Positions 1 to 9,866 of a DNA stretch of 37,252 bases are shown here, in pieces. Source of the stretch: a virus (lineage: Duplodnaviria; Caudoviricetes); the IMG/VR virus record IMGVR_UViG_3300030430_001289, positions 1 through 37,252 of that record, one strand, 5' to 3'. A program made the position numbers and the translations under genes. The notes beneath the pieces are model-generated. The model ran no database searches. It saw only the letters and a program-made list of their open reading frames with translations, and had not been told where the DNA came from. The first letter of the stretch is position 1. Each line of letters begins with the position of its first letter.

Positions 1-1
1 A

Positions 2-835
2 GAAACTATATCAAGAGAAGCTCCAGAAATAGAGGCTAGAAAACTAGCTTTGTATGACCAAGCCATAGAACTAGCAAGAACACCTATGGAAATACCTGCA
101 TATCAGGTAGCAGGTCCTTCACCTTTAGAATCACAAGCTTTTACAAGAGCAACACAAACTGGCATAGGAGCAGTACCAGTACAAGCTGGAGTTGGTAGCA
201 CAGTAGCCGCAGGGCAAGTGGCTATGCAAGATATTACGCAACAAGGAGGGTTAATAGATTCTTTTATGAACCCTTATCAACGATATGTAATAGATGAAAT
301 AAATAGACAAAGTGAACAAAGAAGAAACCAACAAGCAGCACAAGCAATAGAGAGTGGAGCTTTTGGTGGAGGTAGAGAAGGAGTAGAAAGAGCAGAAGAA
401 GAGAGATTACGATTAGGATTAATAGGCACAGCTCAAGCAGATGCTTTTAAACAAGCAAGAGCTTCAGCTCAAGCACAAAGACAATTTCAAACAGAAGCAC
501 TCCTAAATCAAGCAGGTACTTTTGGAACTTTAGGACAAGCACAACAGTTAATGGCACAAAAGGATATAAGTCAACAGCTATCAGCAGGACAGTTGCAAAG
601 AGACATAGCACAAAAAGGCTTGGAGGCTGCAAGGGCTACAGAAGTTGCAAGACAGGCAGAACCATTTCAAAGAGTAGAATTTGCAAAAGGTATTATGACA
701 GCATTACCAACAACAGCATCTCAAATAACTGCAACAACAGGACCTGGGGCTAATCCTTTGGCACAAGCCGCAGGTGCAGGGATTGGTGCATACGCAGCTT
801 ACAATTTATTAAAACCAATGAATGCAGTAGACTAA
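2..835 (+). CDS. Putative internal virion/DNA-ejection protein, 5'-truncated (Q/A/G-rich)
   Basis: Frame is open from base 2 (ETISREAPEIEARKLALYDQ...), so the TTG at 50 is unlikely to be the true start. Q/A/G-rich helical protein with SGAFGGGR and a glycine-rich hydrophobic C-terminus (AGAGIGAYAAY), as seen in podovirus ejection proteins. Heads a run of large tightly coupled genes. Confidence 0.6.
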   Translation, partial: ETISREAPEIEARKLALYDQAIELARTPMEIPAYQVAGPSPLESQAFTRATQTGIGAVPVQAGVGSTVAAGQVAMQDITQQGGLIDSFMNPYQRYVIDEINRQSEQRRNQQAAQAIESGAFGGGREGVERAEEERLRLGLIGTAQADAFKQARASAQAQRQFQTEALLNQAGTFGTLGQAQQLMAQKDISQQLSAGQLQRDIAQKGLEAARATEVARQAEPFQRVEFAKGIMTALPTTASQITATTGPGANPLAQAAGAGIGAYAAYNLLKPMNAVD

Positions 836-836
836 T

Positions 837-2405
837 ATGGCAACTGATAACAAAAATATTTTTGATTTTGAAAACAGAGAAGAAGGAGAAGAAATACAAT
901 CTGACACAAGAGACCTTAATAATCAAAATGTACCTCCCACGATAACAAGACCTATGGAGTCAGTATCACAACCTATATTTAGTAGAGATGAAAGAGTGGC
1001 TCTTACATTATTGCCTTTGGCTTCTGCTTTGTTGCAAGGTAAAGCACCTGGAGGACAATCTTTACTTAGTAGCACTTTAGCAACTGCAGGACAAGGCTTA
1101 GCTGCAAGTGGTAATGTTGCCTTGCGTATTAAAGAACTAGAAGGGCAAAGAAGAAAAGAAATTGGTACTGGACTTAAAAGTGTTAAATTACAACCGACTG
1201 CTGGTCCAGTAGAAATACAAGGAAAAGTATTTACACCAGACATGGGTAGAGAATTTACTTTAGATGCAGCAACTAGGATGATGTACCCACCAGATACTTT
1301 TACGGAGGTTACAGCAGACAAAACAACACCTAAGTTTGAACCTAAAAAATTTCGTTTTACAGAAGATGTGGAATTACAAGATGGAACTAAATACCAAGCA
1401 GGACAAGAGGTATCATTATTACCAAAAGATTCTTTGTATTTATATAACACTTATGGGGCACAGGCTTTAAAGGAAATTAAAGATGTTGACCCACCTTCAT
1501 CTTTAAAACCAATAAATTTTATGGTAGATATTTTTCAAAAAGGTAGCGATGATATAAAAAATAATAGAAGGTTTTCATTTGGACAAGATGAGATAGCTAA
1601 AGCATTCTTATTAGCTGAAGCTGAATCTAAACCAAAAAGAGTAACAATTAAATTACCTGGTGGTGTTGAAGAACAAAGAATAGTAAGAGACTTAGATTAT
1701 GTGAAAAATTTAAAAAATATATATGGAGATGAAGTCTTTGAGCAATTATGGACTTATGCCAATTTAGGTGAAAATTTTTATGCTGATTTAGGAAATGATG
1801 TAGTAAAATCAGAAACAGCTATAGCAAAATTAGAAAGACCTATAGACTACGATGCTCTTAGAACTGGTAAAAGTAGTGATATTGTAATAGCAAGAAGAGT
1901 AAACTTACCTGATGCTGCAAAGAAAACTTTAGCTTCTGCAAGTTCAGTTATTCAAGACTTAGCTAATGTGAGAAGAAAACTCTTTAAAGATGGTGTATTA
2001 CAAAGAGATATTTTATTAACACCAAATAAAGTTAAAGTATTAAAATCAGGTGCTGTATCTTATGCAAGAAGTATGCAAAGAGCAGTAGAAACTTTATTAA
2101 GACAAAGGTCAGGTGCAGCCATAACAAAACAAGAATTTGACAGATATCAAAATTTATATGTTCCTACAACTCTAGACTCAGAAGAAGTAGTCAAACAAAA
2201 ATTATTAGCTATGGAGAGAGAATTTGGAACAATTATTAAACTTATAAGAAGTGATAAACCAGTTCAAATTTATGATAGTGTTAATGACATTAAAATCAAT
2301 GGTATGACTCTAGAAGAGCAATGGGAAAAGGGCATATTTAAAGATAACAAAACTATAAAGACTAATGAGGCAGATAATGAAACTGGAGGAGCTAGTATAA
2401 ACTAA
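837..2405 (+). CDS. Putative internal virion protein (522 aa)
   Basis: Long ORF coupled to both neighbours. N-terminal A/G/L-rich segment (LASALLQGKAPGG...AGQGLAASG) and RQRSGAAITKQEFDRY segment. Function inferred from position. Confidence 0.5.
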   Translation: MATDNKNIFDFENREEGEEIQSDTRDLNNQNVPPTITRPMESVSQPIFSRDERVALTLLPLASALLQGKAPGGQSLLSSTLATAGQGLAASGNVALRIKELEGQRRKEIGTGLKSVKLQPTAGPVEIQGKVFTPDMGREFTLDAATRMMYPPDTFTEVTADKTTPKFEPKKFRFTEDVELQDGTKYQAGQEVSLLPKDSLYLYNTYGAQALKEIKDVDPPSSLKPINFMVDIFQKGSDDIKNNRRFSFGQDEIAKAFLLAEAESKPKRVTIKLPGGVEEQRIVRDLDYVKNLKNIYGDEVFEQLWTYANLGENFYADLGNDVVKSETAIAKLERPIDYDALRTGKSSDIVIARRVNLPDAAKKTLASASSVIQDLANVRRKLFKDGVLQRDILLTPNKVKVLKSGAVSYARSMQRAVETLLRQRSGAAITKQEFDRYQNLYVPTTLDSEEVVKQKLLAMEREFGTIIKLIRSDKPVQIYDSVNDIKINGMTLEEQWEKGIFKDNKTIKTNEADNETGGASIN

Positions 2406-4882
2406 TGACAGTATTATCACAAAACAGATTAGCAATTAGTCCAATTCTAATATTAAAAGATGGAACTATAGCTCCACCAGGTACTCCAGAAAATGATGAA
2501 AATGTTGCAACTGTTATACCAAAGATTGATTTGTCTATGGGTGCATCAGCATCTTTAAGAGCTAAAGTTGGTAACAGAGATAAACCAGAAGAAAGACTTG
2601 CTATTATTAAACAATTCTATCCTGATGCTATACCTACATCAAAAACAATTAATATACAGACAGAAGACCCAAATGACTCAAATAAAAAAATTACAAAAAA
2701 AGTTACTATTGGCGATTATTTAGATATTGGTAATGATAATTTTATTTATACCGATATGGTAGATGGAAAAGAAGTGCAGAAGGTATATAATGAAAAAGGT
2801 TTAAGTTTAGGAGATGTAGCATCTTTTGGTAGAACTATAGCAGAAAATGTTGGTGGAACTTTAGCTGGAACTGCTGTTACTGTTTTAGGACAAGCAGGAC
2901 CTCAAGCACTTACCCCAGAGGAAATATTTACTGTACCAACAGCTATAGCTCTTGGTTCTGAAGCAGGAGGTCAGTTATATGATAGAGCTGTAGATATGTT
3001 AATAACAACTGCTGGTAAAGAGTTGGTTAGTCGAGGAAAGATGTCTAGTCAAATTATTAAAATGTTAAGTAACATAGGTATTGAAGCTTCTGGTATAAGG
3101 TCTGTGGATGCCTTAGTTGAAGCAGGTAGAAAAGTTACACCAAAAATAGGTCAACTATTGTTGGGTATAGGAAAACAATCAAAAGAAAAAGCAAAAGAGC
3201 TAACTAAAAAAGCTGCAAGTTTAGGATTAAAAATACCAACAATAGGTTTAGCTACACAAAGTCCTACTGTTCAGTTCATAGAAAAAGTTATGATTAATTC
3301 ACCTTTAGGAGTAGGTGCATTTACAAAAAAAGTAAAAGAATTTAATGACGGAGTAAGTAATGCAGTTAAAATAATAGGCAATAAATATGGTAGTGGAAAT
3401 GTAGAAAAAGATATTATTGGGAAAAGACTACTAGGAGGTGTTCAAGATTATGCTGAAAAAGTTCGCAAAGAGACAGATAGATTGTATGGTAAATTAGATG
3501 AAGTTTTTCCTAACAGAGTTAACACACCTAATTTACAAATTGTACAAGATGAATTAAAAGATGATTTAGCTGAAGGAGGTATCAAATCAGCTATTACCCC
3601 AGTTTTAAACATTGTGTCAGATTTACAAAAAGCATCAAAAAATAAAGAAGGGTTAACAATTCTTACTTTACATAAAAGAAGAAGTGAATTGTTGAGTATG
3701 TTAAGAAATACAAAATCTGAAGGCATGAATAATGAAGTTATTAGAACATCTATTAAAAAAGCTATTGATGCGATTGAAAGTGATATGAAGTCTGGTATTG
3801 AAGCAGTAGGAAGTAAAAAAGCATTAAAAGCATATGAAGATGCTAGTAAGTATGTTAGAGAAACAAAGGGTGAATTAAAAGGTTCATTAACTGATATATT
3901 AGATTTTGGAGATAGTGAAAAATTTGACAGAATTTTTAATTTAGCAATAGGACCTTCAGCACTATCTAGTGGTGGAGAAAAAATAAAAAAAATAGTAAAA
4001 AATTTAAAACCTGAAGATAAAAATGAATTAGCCTCTTCTATACTGTTTAGACTAGGAGTTAAAAATCCTGATGGCACTTTATTAGAAGAGGGATTTAGTC
4101 CAAGCACATTTATTACTAATTGGGGTAAAATATCCAAATCTGCAAAAGATGAAATATTTGGAAATACTGGTTTACGAAAAAATATAGATGATTTATCAGA
4201 CATATTAAAAAGTTATTTAAGTGGACAAAAATACGAAAACTTTTCTAGAACTGGTAATTCTATAGGCACACTTGCCTTAGTATATCCTTTATTTAGTGGT
4301 CTTGTTGGAGCTACTGGAGCTGCCATTGGAGGCACTACTGCTGGTGTAGTGGGTGGAGGAGGATTGGCTACAATGTCTTTCTCTCCATATTTAATGAGTA
4401 AATTATTAACTAGCGAAACTTTTATGAAATCTATTATTGATGGTGGAAAAGAAGTTTTTAGAAAACCTAATTTATTAGGAACATGGTCAGGTCGATTATT
4501 AGATGATATGAGAAAAGAGGCTGAGAGAACTGGAGATTTAAGTTTAATTGATGCAACAGAAGTATACTTACACCAACTTCTTTTTGAACAACCAGTAGAT
4601 GAAGATGAAACATCTGAAATAAAAGAATTAGAAGAGACACAAACAATGGCTCAAGCAGATGTACCCAAAATAACACCACAGCAACAGATAGGTAATATAC
4701 AACCTACAAGACCCAATATAAATATCACACCACCCACGAACCAAGGAACACCTGCAATGGTTGCATCAGCTCCAGTATCTCCTCCTAGTGGTGGAGGTAT
4801 AGCTTCTATTAATAGAGAACAGTTTGGTGGTTTATTTCCTCAAGATAATTTAGGTCAACTCATAGCTAATAGGAAAACATAG
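2405..4882 (+). CDS. Putative DNA-ejection/transfer protein (825 aa)
   Basis: Two glycine/alanine-rich hydrophobic stretches (GGTLAGTAVTVLG; GLVGATGAAIGGTTAGVVGGGGL) flank a long helical region, the architecture of podovirus ejection proteins. Confidence 0.55.
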   Translation: MTVLSQNRLAISPILILKDGTIAPPGTPENDENVATVIPKIDLSMGASASLRAKVGNRDKPEERLAIIKQFYPDAIPTSKTINIQTEDPNDSNKKITKKVTIGDYLDIGNDNFIYTDMVDGKEVQKVYNEKGLSLGDVASFGRTIAENVGGTLAGTAVTVLGQAGPQALTPEEIFTVPTAIALGSEAGGQLYDRAVDMLITTAGKELVSRGKMSSQIIKMLSNIGIEASGIRSVDALVEAGRKVTPKIGQLLLGIGKQSKEKAKELTKKAASLGLKIPTIGLATQSPTVQFIEKVMINSPLGVGAFTKKVKEFNDGVSNAVKIIGNKYGSGNVEKDIIGKRLLGGVQDYAEKVRKETDRLYGKLDEVFPNRVNTPNLQIVQDELKDDLAEGGIKSAITPVLNIVSDLQKASKNKEGLTILTLHKRRSELLSMLRNTKSEGMNNEVIRTSIKKAIDAIESDMKSGIEAVGSKKALKAYEDASKYVRETKGELKGSLTDILDFGDSEKFDRIFNLAIGPSALSSGGEKIKKIVKNLKPEDKNELASSILFRLGVKNPDGTLLEEGFSPSTFITNWGKISKSAKDEIFGNTGLRKNIDDLSDILKSYLSGQKYENFSRTGNSIGTLALVYPLFSGLVGATGAAIGGTTAGVVGGGGLATMSFSPYLMSKLLTSETFMKSIIDGGKEVFRKPNLLGTWSGRLLDDMRKEAERTGDLSLIDATEVYLHQLLFEQPVDEDETSEIKELEETQTMAQADVPKITPQQQIGNIQPTRPNINITPPTNQGTPAMVASAPVSPPSGGGIASINREQFGGLFPQDNLGQLIANRKT

Positions 4883-5115
4883 TGGACAATATAATGTTAT
4901 GGAATATTTTGTTAACTGTTCTTTGCACAGCTTTTGGTTGGGCTTTTAACAAAATGTTTTTAGAAGTGAAAAGATTACAAATACTATTAAACAAAACTAG
5001 AGAAGACTATTTGCCTAGAAATGATTTTAAAACAGAATTAAATCAAATTTTAGATTATCTACGAAGATTAGAAGATAAACTAGATAGGCATATGGAGGGG
5101 AAAAATGCAAAATGA
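4882..5115 (+). CDS. Small membrane-anchored coiled-coil protein
   Basis: GTG start overlaps the upstream TAG. N-terminal hydrophobic helix (IMLWNILLTVLCTAFGWAF) followed by a coiled coil (RRLEDKLDR). Confidence 0.6.
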   Translation: MDNIMLWNILLTVLCTAFGWAFNKMFLEVKRLQILLNKTREDYLPRNDFKTELNQILDYLRRLEDKLDRHMEGKNAK

Positions 5116-8100
5116 AGTCGGCATTACAGCTCTCCAACCTGAAGATATAAAACAAACAAACATACCCCAAGGTTTATCATCTAGAAAAGCTAGACGAGAT
5201 GAGTTTAAACAACTAAGTCCTCAAGAACAAGAACAAAGAAGAATTCAAGGTCTTAAAAAAATTAAAAAAGATATGAAGACTGCTCTACCTTTTGTTTCGC
5301 AAGGTATTTCAGAGTTCGCCCTAGGAGTTGATTTATTACGACAGTTTGGTTTTGCTCCAGATTTAATAACACAAGAAAAATTTCTGCCTAGTACAGGAGA
5401 AACTATAGCAGGGGGTATTGCAAAATTTAAAGAGGGTCAAAAATTAGAGGGTGGTACGGATGTAGCTATTGGAGGATTAGAAACTTTATCAGCTGGTGCA
5501 GATGCAATCATATTAAGTAGTGTTATTGGTGGTCCTTTAGCTCCTATCTTACTAGCAGGAGGTGTTGCTTTTAAAGGTCTTACAAAAGCTGGGTTAGCTA
5601 TTCTAAAAAGTCCAAAGGGTAAAACTTTTTTTGCTAAAATTACAGGCAACGATATACAGAATACACCAAGAAAAGATGGAGATGGCACAGAACCAACTAT
5701 AAATGTTGAAAGTATTATTGCTGAAAAACCAGAGGATTTAGAGGAATTAGGAAACATAGACAATGTACCAACAGAATTTACAGGTGAATTATCAACAGAA
5801 GATTTATTAAGTGATAAATACAAAAGAAAAACAATTTTTAAATCAAGATTAAATGAAGCCATTGACACTTTGCAACAAAAAGCTACTGGTAAACAATTTT
5901 TACAAACATTAAAAAAAAGAGGTAATTTTTCAAAGGATGAGTTAAAACACTCTGGATTAGAAGACTTTTTAAATTCAGAGCAAAATAATCAAGGCTCTAT
6001 AAGTCTATCAGATATTAAAAATTATATGAGTCAAAATACACCAGAGTTTGTAGTCGAAAAAAGAACCACAAGTGGAACCTCTGATGATTTAGTAGTAAAT
6101 TTAGATTTTGATGAAGGAGAAGCTATACCCTTTGGAGAAAGTGGTGATTATGATTATCAAATAGAATCAGCAGAAGAGTTTATAACAGAAAACTCTCCAG
6201 ATAATCCGTTAAATGAACTATTATATTTTAAAGTATTACAAAGAGATAGTGATAATGAATTAGACTTTAGTGTGCCTAAAGGCAATTTTGAACAATTTGC
6301 AAATAATGCAGTTTTAACAGGAAAAGAGATAACTGAATTAGAAAAAAAAGCTGAAAAAATTATTGAAAAAATACCCCCTTATGAATCAGCCATAGCACAA
6401 ATTGATATGTTTGACCCTTCTAAAAGACAAGCAATACAAGATAGAGGCAGAAATCAATATTATATTGATGCAATATCTGATATTAGAGCAAAAGAAAAAG
6501 AAGACTTAGACAAGACAGAAATTACTGAAAAATATTTTGGAGATAATGCAATCAATGTTATTGAGAACATAGCAGAAGGAACTTATGGAGGCAATCCAGA
6601 AATGGTTTATACGGATAGAAATACTGGTTATCGTATACTGCAAATGGCTGATAATGATACTTTTATTGTAACTAGACCAGATGGGTCAGTTGTGGATAGA
6701 GAAGTTTATAGTTATGGAGAAGCAGAGGTAACAGCAACACAAGATGCCTTCGACAGAGGCGAAATAGAGTACGAGCCAGATGATGATGCAGACTATGCTC
6801 AAAGAGTTGGAAGAACTATGTTTGAAGGATATACTTCTAAATTAGGAACTCAGGGTACTTATGAAGAAGACCCTTACTATATATACAGTAAACTTTCACA
6901 AGAAAAATCATTATTTGAAAGAGAGGATGGTCATTTTAGGCAAGAAAATAATGTGGGTCATTTAAGACATTCTTTAATATCTCCAACCTCAGCACAAGGC
7001 AAGGGTAGAAGTATTTTTTTAGTGGAAGAATTTCAACAAGACCCTGTTAATGTAGCAAAAAGAGATTTTGGTGGTGGTTTTGCACCTACAAAAGAAGATA
7101 TTGCTGAAATAAAAAAAATAATTGGAGAGGATGAGTTGGGTACAGGTTCGCCAAGTCCAGCTACTAGTATTTTAGATAAACAAGGTAGAATATTTAAGTT
7201 TGATGAAGATGCTGGTTATGTTTTTACGAGGATGATTGAGGGTCAAGGAACAACAATGACTAAACATCCAAAAAATGAAGAACTTTTAAAATTTTTTAAA
7301 AAAAATAAAATTAATCCATTAAGTAGAGTGGATGGAGATTTACCAAATAAAAATGATGGATATAAATTTAACTTTCGATTTGGTTTAGGACAAGCTGTTG
7401 ATAAAAATCAATCACATATGCACTATGTTGCAGGAGAATCACACGCACTAGCTTATGGAGAAGCTATTAGGTTGACTGGTGTGGATAGAGTACCAGCTGA
7501 GATATTAAAAAAACCAATACAAAGATTTAATGAAATAGTAAAAGATGACCCTGAAAAATTAGGGGTTATTGAAATACCTCTTGATATCAGAGCTAATAGA
7601 CCTGCTACTGGTTTAAAAGCACCTACTGAAAATACATTTCAGGCTAGATTAGAACAACAAAGTATATTTAATGAAGATTTTATAAAGGCAGTTGAAGATG
7701 AAGATGTTCAATTTTATACTATTGGTGAAGATACAATTATCGAAGGCACAACTGATAATTTAGATAAAATTTTAAAAAAAATGTATGGAGATAATTTTGA
7801 AACTTTAATGAGAGAAGATAAATTTAAAATACGGAAAGTAATACCTGAAGGTCAAACTCGTATGAATCGTAGAATGCAAGGAGATTATGCAAGTACCGAA
7901 AAAATATATTCTTCTGTAGCTGGAAGAGATGGCAACGAAATAGTATTGCCTTTTGATATAGAAGAAATGCAAAGAGCTAATCCTGATATGGCTAGTAGGT
8001 TAGAGGACTACGCATCTGGTAAGACACAAGACGATTTTTTTGATGATTTAATGTTGATAGATGTAAAATTTGGTTATCATACTGACCAAGATGCAGTAAG

Positions 8101-8782
8101 GCATTTTTTAGTAAATAAAGAAAACAATGATGTTTTGGGTGTTTTTATAAATCAACCTATACGACCAAATGAAACGAGACCTGTTGGTAGTAATGATTTA
8201 AAAATTCTTGATGACATAGCAAACGAAGACTTACCTTATTTTTTCCAACAAAATAAAGTTAATTTTTTTGTTAGAGATGGTGGAGACACGAAAAATGTTA
8301 CTCCTAAAAATTTAAAAGATTTTTTAACAGATGAAGAAATAAGTGAATTAAAAAGAGATGAAGCAGGAAGTCTAAGTGATAAAACGAACAGAGAAGCATA
8401 TTATGATGAATTTACAGATATAGACAAGACTGGTGAAGTTATTGGAGGGTTTGGCAAAAAGAAATTATATAACGAAATGATAAATAAGTATGCAGAAAAA
8501 TATCTAAAAAAAATTGACCCTGATGTAGAAATTTATCGTGAACTTATGGAAAACTCTGAGGGAAATATGATTCCCACTTATGGATTTAAAATTACTGACA
8601 AAATTAGAAAACATATTTTGTTAGAGGGTATTGAAAGTTTTAAAAGAGGTGGAGCTGTTATATTTTTACAAAGTAAACAAAAAATAAAACCACAAAAAAA
8701 GTATGTTCCAACAATAACTGTAAAAAAATATGGCTCCTTTGTTGATAAAAATAAAGACCCTTGGAACTATATAGATGGTTGA
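5105..8782 (+). CDS. Large acidic multidomain protein (1225 aa), putative virion-injected/polyvalent-type protein
   Basis: RBS GGAGG upstream. N-terminal hydrophobic G/A segment, then KSRLNEAI...KDELKHSGLEDFL and GHLR...FLVEEFQQD segments. C-terminal FKRGG motif. Confidence 0.55.
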   Translation: MQNEVGITALQPEDIKQTNIPQGLSSRKARRDEFKQLSPQEQEQRRIQGLKKIKKDMKTALPFVSQGISEFALGVDLLRQFGFAPDLITQEKFLPSTGETIAGGIAKFKEGQKLEGGTDVAIGGLETLSAGADAIILSSVIGGPLAPILLAGGVAFKGLTKAGLAILKSPKGKTFFAKITGNDIQNTPRKDGDGTEPTINVESIIAEKPEDLEELGNIDNVPTEFTGELSTEDLLSDKYKRKTIFKSRLNEAIDTLQQKATGKQFLQTLKKRGNFSKDELKHSGLEDFLNSEQNNQGSISLSDIKNYMSQNTPEFVVEKRTTSGTSDDLVVNLDFDEGEAIPFGESGDYDYQIESAEEFITENSPDNPLNELLYFKVLQRDSDNELDFSVPKGNFEQFANNAVLTGKEITELEKKAEKIIEKIPPYESAIAQIDMFDPSKRQAIQDRGRNQYYIDAISDIRAKEKEDLDKTEITEKYFGDNAINVIENIAEGTYGGNPEMVYTDRNTGYRILQMADNDTFIVTRPDGSVVDREVYSYGEAEVTATQDAFDRGEIEYEPDDDADYAQRVGRTMFEGYTSKLGTQGTYEEDPYYIYSKLSQEKSLFEREDGHFRQENNVGHLRHSLISPTSAQGKGRSIFLVEEFQQDPVNVAKRDFGGGFAPTKEDIAEIKKIIGEDELGTGSPSPATSILDKQGRIFKFDEDAGYVFTRMIEGQGTTMTKHPKNEELLKFFKKNKINPLSRVDGDLPNKNDGYKFNFRFGLGQAVDKNQSHMHYVAGESHALAYGEAIRLTGVDRVPAEILKKPIQRFNEIVKDDPEKLGVIEIPLDIRANRPATGLKAPTENTFQARLEQQSIFNEDFIKAVEDEDVQFYTIGEDTIIEGTTDNLDKILKKMYGDNFETLMREDKFKIRKVIPEGQTRMNRRMQGDYASTEKIYSSVAGRDGNEIVLPFDIEEMQRANPDMASRLEDYASGKTQDDFFDDLMLIDVKFGYHTDQDAVRHFLVNKENNDVLGVFINQPIRPNETRPVGSNDLKILDDIANEDLPYFFQQNKVNFFVRDGGDTKNVTPKNLKDFLTDEEISELKRDEAGSLSDKTNREAYYDEFTDIDKTGEVIGGFGKKKLYNEMINKYAEKYLKKIDPDVEIYRELMENSEGNMIPTYGFKITDKIRKHILLEGIESFKRGGAVIFLQSKQKIKPQKKYVPTITVKKYGSFVDKNKDPWNYIDG

Positions 8783-9416
8783 CCCTTTAACAGCTGGGGC
8801 TGCAGTATTATCAGGAATTAAACTTGTAAAAAAAAGTGTAGACTTTGTTAAGAGTAATATATCTACTGCTAAAGATATTGGAGATATCATAGGACACATA
8901 GATAATGCTCTAAATGGTCAACAAGAAGTTATTAAAGAAAGAGACAAAGCAAATGTCGATTATTATTCTACTAAAAATGTGGCTCACGAGATAATTAATG
9001 CCAAACTGGCAGCTGAGGCTATCGGAGAGATGAGGGCTCTTGTAAACTATAGGTTTGGTCCAGGGACATGGGACCAGATACTCCAAGAAAGAAAAAGAAG
9101 AATAGATGCAAAAAAACAAGCTATTAAAGAAGCCAAGGCACAAAAAATTAAACAACAACAAGAGATAGCAGAGTATTTAAAATATGGTTTTATTACTTTA
9201 GCTGTAATAATTTTTTTAGCAGTAGCTATAGGTATTACATTTAAATTTGTTCTGGCTCATCCACCAGAGGAAGGCGATGAAGAATCCTGCAAATTATATG
9301 AACCAAAGTATTTTTTAATATGTCTCAATGAAGGCAGGGGGTATGCTGATACACAGTTGTATTTAGACTATAAAAAAATACGAGATAATTGGATTGAAGA
9401 AGACGATATTAAATAG
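8775..9416 (+). CDS. Membrane protein with coiled coil (213 aa), hypothetical
   Basis: MVDPLTAGAAV N-terminus, coiled coil, transmembrane helix FITLAVIIFLAVAIGITF, short Cys-containing C-terminal domain. Confidence 0.6.
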   Translation: MVDPLTAGAAVLSGIKLVKKSVDFVKSNISTAKDIGDIIGHIDNALNGQQEVIKERDKANVDYYSTKNVAHEIINAKLAAEAIGEMRALVNYRFGPGTWDQILQERKRRIDAKKQAIKEAKAQKIKQQQEIAEYLKYGFITLAVIIFLAVAIGITFKFVLAHPPEEGDEESCKLYEPKYFLICLNEGRGYADTQLYLDYKKIRDNWIEEDDIK

Positions 9417-9422
9417 TATAAT
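9394..9422 (+). promoter_or_regulatory. Sigma70-type promoter for the KGG-repeat gene
   Basis: TTGAAG (9394-9399), 17 bp spacer, TATAAT (9417-9422); AAGGAG RBS before ATG 9447. Confidence 0.55.
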
Positions 9423-9446
9423 AGATGTATAAAAAAGGAGTACAAA

Positions 9447-9830
9447 ATGGTAGGTAGAATGAAAACTAAAGGTATGCGAAAAATGGCAAAAGGTGGCACT
9501 AAAATGATGAAGGCTCAAGGTGGTAGAATGGCATCAAAAGGTGGCACTAAAATGATGAAGGCTCGTGGTGGTAAAATGGCAAAAGGCTATGCAAAAGGTG
9601 GCACTAAAATGATGAAAGCCAGAGTAGGTAGAATGATGCCAGATAGACCTATAGCTAGTGGTGCTATGAGAAAAGGAACTATGGCTAGACCTATGGGAGC
9701 TATGAAAGGTAAGATGGCTAAAGGTTATGCAAAAGGTGGTGTGAAAAAAATGCAACTTGGTGGAGGAATTACAGTTGCAAAACTTCGTTCTGAGGCTAAA
9801 AAAAGAGGAATGAAATTAGTTAAAGCTTAG
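9447..9830 (+). CDS. Highly basic K/M/G-rich repeat protein (KGG repeats), putative DNA-binding internal protein
   Basis: Repeats MAKGG/TKMMKAxGG/GYAKGG; almost no acidic residues; clear RBS. Confidence 0.75.
   Translation: MVGRMKTKGMRKMAKGGTKMMKAQGGRMASKGGTKMMKARGGKMAKGYAKGGTKMMKARVGRMMPDRPIASGAMRKGTMARPMGAMKGKMAKGYAKGGVKKMQLGGGITVAKLRSEAKKRGMKLVKA
9487..9616 (+). repeat. Three identical 25-bp direct repeats CAAAAGGTGGCACTAAAATGATGAA
   Basis: Copies at 9487-9511, 9535-9559 and 9592-9616, encoding KGGTKMMK. Confidence 0.9.
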
Positions 9831-9833
9831 TGC

Positions 9834-9861
9834 TTGACTTATGTGCGTTTAGCATTAAGAT
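9834..9861 (+). promoter_or_regulatory. Sigma70-type promoter, probably producing a leaderless mRNA
   Basis: TTGACT (9834-9839), 16 bp spacer, TAAGAT (9856-9861); ATG at 9867 with no Shine-Dalgarno. Confidence 0.5.
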
Positions 9862-9866
9862 AAGAT

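Noticed and set aside
923-5868. Long antisense ORFs (923-1450, 3448-4203, 5437-5868)
   Set aside because: Shadow frames of long sense genes, with S/F/L/I-rich composition and no RBS.
9487-9616. 25-bp repeats as a mini CRISPR array
   Set aside because: In-frame coding repeats whose spacers resemble each other; no cas genes or leader.
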